A stretch of DNA of 38,480 bases, from positions 1 through 38,480 of IMG/VR virus record IMGVR_UViG_3300037424_002232; one strand, 5' to 3'. The position numbers and the translations under genes were made by a program. Of this stretch, positions 34,397-38,480 are shown one piece after another (position 1 is the stretch's first letter; every line of letters begins with the position of its first letter). Origin of the DNA: a virus (Duplodnaviria; Caudoviricetes). The notes below the pieces were generated by a model. That model was given only the letters and a program-made list of their open reading frames with translations, did no database searches and was not told the origin of the DNA.

Positions 34397-36289
34397 ATGG
34401 GAATGGACGAAAAAAAAATCCAACTGATCTTCGAGGCGCTCAATAAGACCAAGGGCGCGTTCACGGAGCTGGAGAACAGTTTCAAGGGCCTGAACGACGG
34501 CACAAAGAAGAACCAGGGCTTTTTGAACAAGCTCCGGGCCTCGTGGCTCGAATTTACCGCGGCCACCGCCGGAGCGGCCGTTGCGGTAAAGAAGGCCTGG
34601 GACTATATGGAGCTCGGCGCACGGGCCGAGCAGGCCGAGGAGTCCTTCCGCCGCGTGGCCGCTTCCATCGGCGAGAACGCCGACAGTATCCTCGCGGACA
34701 TGAAACGCGTGTCCGCCGGCACGGTGGACGACAGCGACATCATGCAAAAGGCGGTAAAAGGCATGATGCAAGGACTGTCCGGAGATCAGATAGTCAAGAT
34801 CCTGGAGGCGGCGCGAATTGCCGCGCGCGTCTCCGGACAGGACATCGGCCAGGCATTTGAAACGATCACCGATGCCATCGCCAACAAGATGCCCCGATCA
34901 CTCATTCAATATGGCCTCATTACCAAAGAGCAAATGAAGCTTTTCAACGCTGCCCTTCAGGCGGGAATAGAAGAGGCCGATCTCTTCGGGCTCGTTATGG
35001 ACAATGCCGCGAAACACTCCGCCGCGTTCGGCGACGTGGCCGAAAATAACGCCGAAAAGATGCAGAAATGGAAGGTCGCCATGCAGGAATGGCGGGAAGG
35101 TTTGGGCAAGGTATTTAACAGCATTTTGAACTGGCTCATGGAGGCAGGGGCGACGATCGAACGGCAATATGCAAAGATCACGGCCAACATCGGTCTTTGG
35201 GTAGACAAGCTCCTGAACAAGGTCGGCCTGCTCTCCGATAAAAAGCTCCAGGAGTCTCTGGCGCTTGTGGCAGTTTTGTCTTCGAACCGTCCGGAGGCGC
35301 CGGGACCGCCGGCAGCCGGCACGGGCGGGAAGCCCGCGAGCGGCGGCGGGGACGCGGAGACGAAGATGAGAAACATCCTCGCCATGAAAACGAGCGAGGC
35401 CGCTATTAACCAGCAAATTCTCAATATCGAATTTCAGGAAAAGACGCATCAACTATCGACTACCGACGCGATCATGAAGCGGCTCGATCTGGAGAAGGCG
35501 CTCCTGGATATTCAGGAGGAGAGCCTCTCGCACATAGACAAGCTCCAGAACCCGCAGGGCTGGATCCAGCAGGCGGCCGCCGTCAACGCGACGCGCAAAA
35601 CGATCGGCGATCTGAACCTCGCGCTCATGGAACAGAGCACGGATATATTGCCGGGCATTGAAGAGGGCTTTAAACGGTATTTACAAACAGCGAAAACGGC
35701 CTTTCAACAGGGCATAGAGCTGGCCCAGCAGACCGCCCAGGCCATGGAGCAGGCGTTCAGCGATTTCTTTTTCGACGCCATGACGGGGAAGCTCAAGTCG
35801 TTCTGGAGTTACATCAAGAGCTTTCTCGAGGCCGTGGTCCGCGCCATGGCAAACGTGATGGCGCAGCAGGCGGCCGCGGGAATCTTCAGCGGCTTGGGCT
35901 TTGGAGCGTCCGCGGCATCAGGCCCCGCCGTGTCTCCCTATGGCCCGGCGCCGCAGCTCCACTCCGGCGGCCTCATCATGCACGCCGGCGGTTACGTGCC
36001 GCGCTTTCATATCGGCGGTCTCTCGTCCGACGAACGCGCGGCGATCCTTCAGACGGGCGAATACGTCGTCTCCCGCAAAGGCGTGGCCGCGCTGGACCGG
36101 ATCAACGAGGGAAATGTGTCCGGGGAGAAAACCGTGGTCGTTCAAATAGAAAATAAATCGAGCCAGGTGAACGCGAAGCAGACCGGCACGAAGATCGAAG
36201 CCAAGCAGATCGTCGTCGGCATTGTGCTCGAAGACATCGAGGGCAACGGCCCCATTCGCAGCGCCATCACCAGCCTGGGAGGCAGATAG
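34397..36289 (+). CDS. Tail tape measure protein
   Basis: Helical, Ala-rich; FSDFFFDAMTGK, FHIGG..DER.AILQTGEYV. Confidence 0.9.
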   Translation: MGMDEKKIQLIFEALNKTKGAFTELENSFKGLNDGTKKNQGFLNKLRASWLEFTAATAGAAVAVKKAWDYMELGARAEQAEESFRRVAASIGENADSILADMKRVSAGTVDDSDIMQKAVKGMMQGLSGDQIVKILEAARIAARVSGQDIGQAFETITDAIANKMPRSLIQYGLITKEQMKLFNAALQAGIEEADLFGLVMDNAAKHSAAFGDVAENNAEKMQKWKVAMQEWREGLGKVFNSILNWLMEAGATIERQYAKITANIGLWVDKLLNKVGLLSDKKLQESLALVAVLSSNRPEAPGPPAAGTGGKPASGGGDAETKMRNILAMKTSEAAINQQILNIEFQEKTHQLSTTDAIMKRLDLEKALLDIQEESLSHIDKLQNPQGWIQQAAAVNATRKTIGDLNLALMEQSTDILPGIEEGFKRYLQTAKTAFQQGIELAQQTAQAMEQAFSDFFFDAMTGKLKSFWSYIKSFLEAVVRAMANVMAQQAAAGIFSGLGFGASAASGPAVSPYGPAPQLHSGGLIMHAGGYVPRFHIGGLSSDERAAILQTGEYVVSRKGVAALDRINEGNVSGEKTVVVQIENKSSQVNAKQTGTKIEAKQIVVGIVLEDIEGNGPIRSAITSLGGR

Positions 36290-36645
36290 TGCCCACGTTC
36301 CCGACGCTCTCATCTCCGCCGCTTGTGCAGCCCTATAAACATTCCGCGGCGTTTGATCCCACCATTCGCGTTCCGAACTATGAAGCAGGCTATCGCCAAA
36401 CTCGGCCGCGCTTTACCCGTGTCCCGAAAAAATGGCACATCGCCTATCCGGGCATTATGACGGACACGGACCAGACAACGCTTGAGGCATTCGAGGTAAC
36501 GGTGAAATACGGGGCCGACTCGTTCACCTGGACCCACCCGAAGACAGCGGTACAGTATACCGTACGCTTTGCCTCGCTGGTGGAATATAGATTCGGCATC
36601 AGCGATTCATACTGGGCGTTTGAATTCGACCTTGAAGAGGTCTAA
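36289..36645 (+). CDS. Distal tail protein (lambda gpM-like)
   Basis: GYRQTRPRFTR...GADSFTWTHP...VRF...LEEV. Confidence 0.8.
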   Translation: MPTFPTLSSPPLVQPYKHSAAFDPTIRVPNYEAGYRQTRPRFTRVPKKWHIAYPGIMTDTDQTTLEAFEVTVKYGADSFTWTHPKTAVQYTVRFASLVEYRFGISDSYWAFEFDLEEV

Positions 36646-36776
36646 ACCAAGGACTCGCCACTAAGACATACCCTGCACTCGCGCGAGGCACTCGTAAGCG
36701 CTGGGCACAGGCCAAGACACGAAGAACGGCGTTGCTTTTATTAGAGCCTTCGTGCCTTCGTGGCAGAAAAGGTATT

Positions 36777-37388
36777 ATGAAATCTTTATCCGCCGCCCTC
36801 ATACTCGAAAAAAACAAGCTCGCCACGCCGAACCCGTGGATCGTCCTCCTCGATATTAAATTGCCGGATGACTCGATGATCTACGTTGCGCGAAACACCG
36901 AGGACGTCGTCTTCAACGGGCACACGTATACGGCATTCCCTTTCGAGATCGAGCCCACGAAGGAATCGAGCAAGGGCGAGATCCCGACGGTCACGCTCCG
37001 GGTCTCGAATGTGACGCAGATCTTCCAGGGCTACGTCGAGGCCCAGGACGGCGGCATCGGCTCGACGGCGACCGTGCGCGTGGTGAACGCGGCGCTCCTC
37101 TCCGAGAGCTACGCCGAACTCGAGATGGTCTTCGATATTCTGGCGACGGCCTGCGACGCTTACTGGATCAGCTTTACCCTGGGAGCGCCGAACCCGCTGC
37201 GGCACGCCTTTCCGCCGCAGCGCTATCTTGCGTCGCACTGCCGCTGGAAGTTCAAGAGCGAAGAGTGCGCGTATACCGGGGCCTCGACCATTTGTAAGCG
37301 CACGCTCGACTATTGCCGCCAGCTCGGCAACTCGAAACGCTTCGGCGGCTTTCCGGGACTCTCCGGAGGAGGGGTAAGGCTTGCGTGA
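36777..37388 (+). CDS. Minor tail protein (lambda gpL-like)
   Basis: YTAFPFEI, P.VTLRVSNV, four C-terminal Cys, RFGGFPG. Confidence 0.85.
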   Translation: MKSLSAALILEKNKLATPNPWIVLLDIKLPDDSMIYVARNTEDVVFNGHTYTAFPFEIEPTKESSKGEIPTVTLRVSNVTQIFQGYVEAQDGGIGSTATVRVVNAALLSESYAELEMVFDILATACDAYWISFTLGAPNPLRHAFPPQRYLASHCRWKFKSEECAYTGASTICKRTLDYCRQLGNSKRFGGFPGLSGGGVRLA

Positions 37389-37452
37389 TAAAGCAGCTCA
37401 TAGCTCATCGCTGATAGCTGATGGCAAAACCATGGACCAAGAGCCACGAGCC

Positions 37453-37839
37453 ATGAGCCGCGAACTTTTTTCCGATCTTCTCGGGAAAAAGTTCGCCTAT
37501 GGCGCTCGGGGTCCCGAGGCCTACGACTGCTACGGCCTCTGCATGGAGATCTACCGCCGTTTGGGAAAAAAGCTCCCCGACTTCGGCAGCGCGGTCATGC
37601 CGTCGCTCATAGACCGGATGGTTTCCGATCGGCGGCCGCTCTTTCAGGAGCTTCTCGTGCCTGAGCCGTGGTGCCTCGTGCTTTTTAAAGTCAGGCCGCC
37701 GTACGTGTCGCACATCGGCGTAGTACTCGATGACAAAACTCGTTTTATCCACATCATGAGAAACATCAGCGTCGCGATCGAGCGCCTCGATGCTCCTGAA
37801 TGGAAACGCCGCATTGCAGGCTTTTTAAAGCTACCTTAG
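37453..37839 (+). CDS. NlpC/P60 tail protein (lambda gpK-like)
   Basis: GARGPEAYDCYGL, SHIGV, FIH. Confidence 0.88.
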   Translation: MSRELFSDLLGKKFAYGARGPEAYDCYGLCMEIYRRLGKKLPDFGSAVMPSLIDRMVSDRRPLFQELLVPEPWCLVLFKVRPPYVSHIGVVLDDKTRFIHIMRNISVAIERLDAPEWKRRIAGFLKLP

Positions 37840-37935
37840 AAGTTCTTCGTGTCTTCGTGCCTTTGCCTGCACCCAGCGTTTACGAGTGCCTCGCGCGAGT
37901 GCAGGGTGTGGCGGCTTTTGTTTTGACTTCATCCT

Positions 37936-38480
37936 ATGAAAGAGCTGACCCTCATAAAAATCACCAATCCCTTTGTCCGCACCGAGCGGGAGATATCCAC
38001 TATCCCGCTCCTCGAGGATAAGACCCTTCTCGATGTCCGGAACGAATATTTCCCGAAGGACGTCGACGTCATCGTGTCGATCAACGGCGAAGTGATTCCC
38101 ACGGAGAAGCTCGCGCTCGCCCGGCCCATGCCGAACGACTGCATCCTCTTTATCCCCGCGGTCCACGACGGCGGAGACGACAAGAGCATCCTCCGCATGG
38201 TCGCCATGATAGCGCTGATGGTCGCGCTCCCCCAGGGCATGGCGCTCTGGATGAAGATGGGCATCATGATGGCGGGAAGCCTCCTGGTAAATGCCGTGCT
38301 GCCCCCTCCCAAGCCGGAATTGCCGCACCTCGATAACGCGCTCGATTCACAGTCCTATTCCTGGAACCCGCAGTCCGTGCAGCAGCAGGGCGTGGTGATC
38401 CCCAAGGTCTACGGCGTGAACAAGCTCTTCGGCAACATCATCACGGCGTATCTTTCGAGCGACGGGACAAAGCAGTACGC
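37936..38480 (+). CDS. Tail tip/host specificity protein (gpI/J-like), truncated by the window end
   Basis: Ubiquitin-like N-terminus, hydrophobic segment, SYSW...GVVIPKVYG...GNII; no stop before the end. Confidence 0.8.
   Translation, partial: MKELTLIKITNPFVRTEREISTIPLLEDKTLLDVRNEYFPKDVDVIVSINGEVIPTEKLALARPMPNDCILFIPAVHDGGDDKSILRMVAMIALMVALPQGMALWMKMGIMMAGSLLVNAVLPPPKPELPHLDNALDSQSYSWNPQSVQQQGVVIPKVYGVNKLFGNIITAYLSSDGTKQY

Larger units (their letters stand above)
6331..37458. repeat. Short tandem 7-9-mer repeat families C-G
   Basis: TGCGGAR: 7494-7524, 13831-13861, 17389-17420. GCTCATR: 27045-27112, 29429-29452, 37395-37458. CGCAGATT: 16493-16575, 21406-21432. CGCRRAG: 6331-6359, 12674-12700, 31525-31553. 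GGACGAW: 8457-8483. Confidence 0.8.
6905..37912. repeat. Dispersed repeat family A (GCCACNAAGRCACNAAG... / ...CTTNGTGYCTTCGTGGC), 13 copies
   Basis: 6905-6929, 14097-14161, 14480-14587, 21105-21161, 25992-26016, 28395-28415, 29814-29859, 30560-30625, 31931-31955, 32548-32612, 34306-34383, 36657-36764, 37845-37912. Confidence 0.9.
1..38480. mobile_element. Mu-like transposable prophage with siphovirus-type tail (right part missing)
   Basis: Starts with TG; repressor/ner, DDE transposase, MuB ATPase, gemA, gam, mor, Mu-type terminase, portal, F, G, I, gp36 and gp37, then tail tube, tape measure and lambda M/L/K/I-J-like genes. Confidence 0.95.

Noticed and set aside
14097-37912. CRISPR array or mini-array
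   Set aside because: The repeats are dispersed, degenerate and inverted, with no regular repeat-spacer periodicity and no cas genes
1-38480. Genome-wide UGA reassignment (code 4 or 25) to explain the gpF stop
   Set aside because: TGA is a normal stop elsewhere, with ATGA/TGATG couplings at 1987-1990, 6136-6139, 11540-11543 and 17535-17539; only one conserved-Cys site is affected
1-38480. tRNA genes, integron integrase, reverse transcriptase or diversity-generating retroelement
   Set aside because: No tRNA cloverleaf with a T-loop, tyrosine recombinase or RT motifs were seen; they could lie outside the window

Overview
The window is most of a Mu-like transposable (pro)phage with a non-contractile, lambda-type tail. 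It appears to start at the left TG end and is cut off inside the tail-tip gene. Gene order: left end with repeated transposase-box-like motifs; lipoprotein and XRE repressor divergent from ner; DDE transposase A and MuB ATPase; an early accessory region (GemA, C5 methyltransferase, HNH, Gam, many small ORFs); a Mor-like activator; a packaging/head block on the minus strand (terminases, portal, gpF, gpG); then protease/scaffold, capsid, lysis and tail genes on the plus strand. The most striking features are non-coding or recoded. (1) gpF has an in-frame UGA at the first Cys of its conserved CRC motif, followed by a SECIS-like hairpin, making it a candidate phage selenoprotein. (2) A two-frame (M.EcoHK31I-like) methyltransferase sits between two integron attC-like sites, with no integrase in view. 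(3) A type II hammerhead ribozyme. (4) A C4-type antisense RNA with its two target sites. (5) A symmetric bidirectional late-promoter candidate. (6) More than 30 copies of several short palindromic or tandem repeat families at gene junctions and inside ORFs, one carrying a nested ~43 bp insert. Protein assignments come from motif recognition and synteny only; no searches were run.
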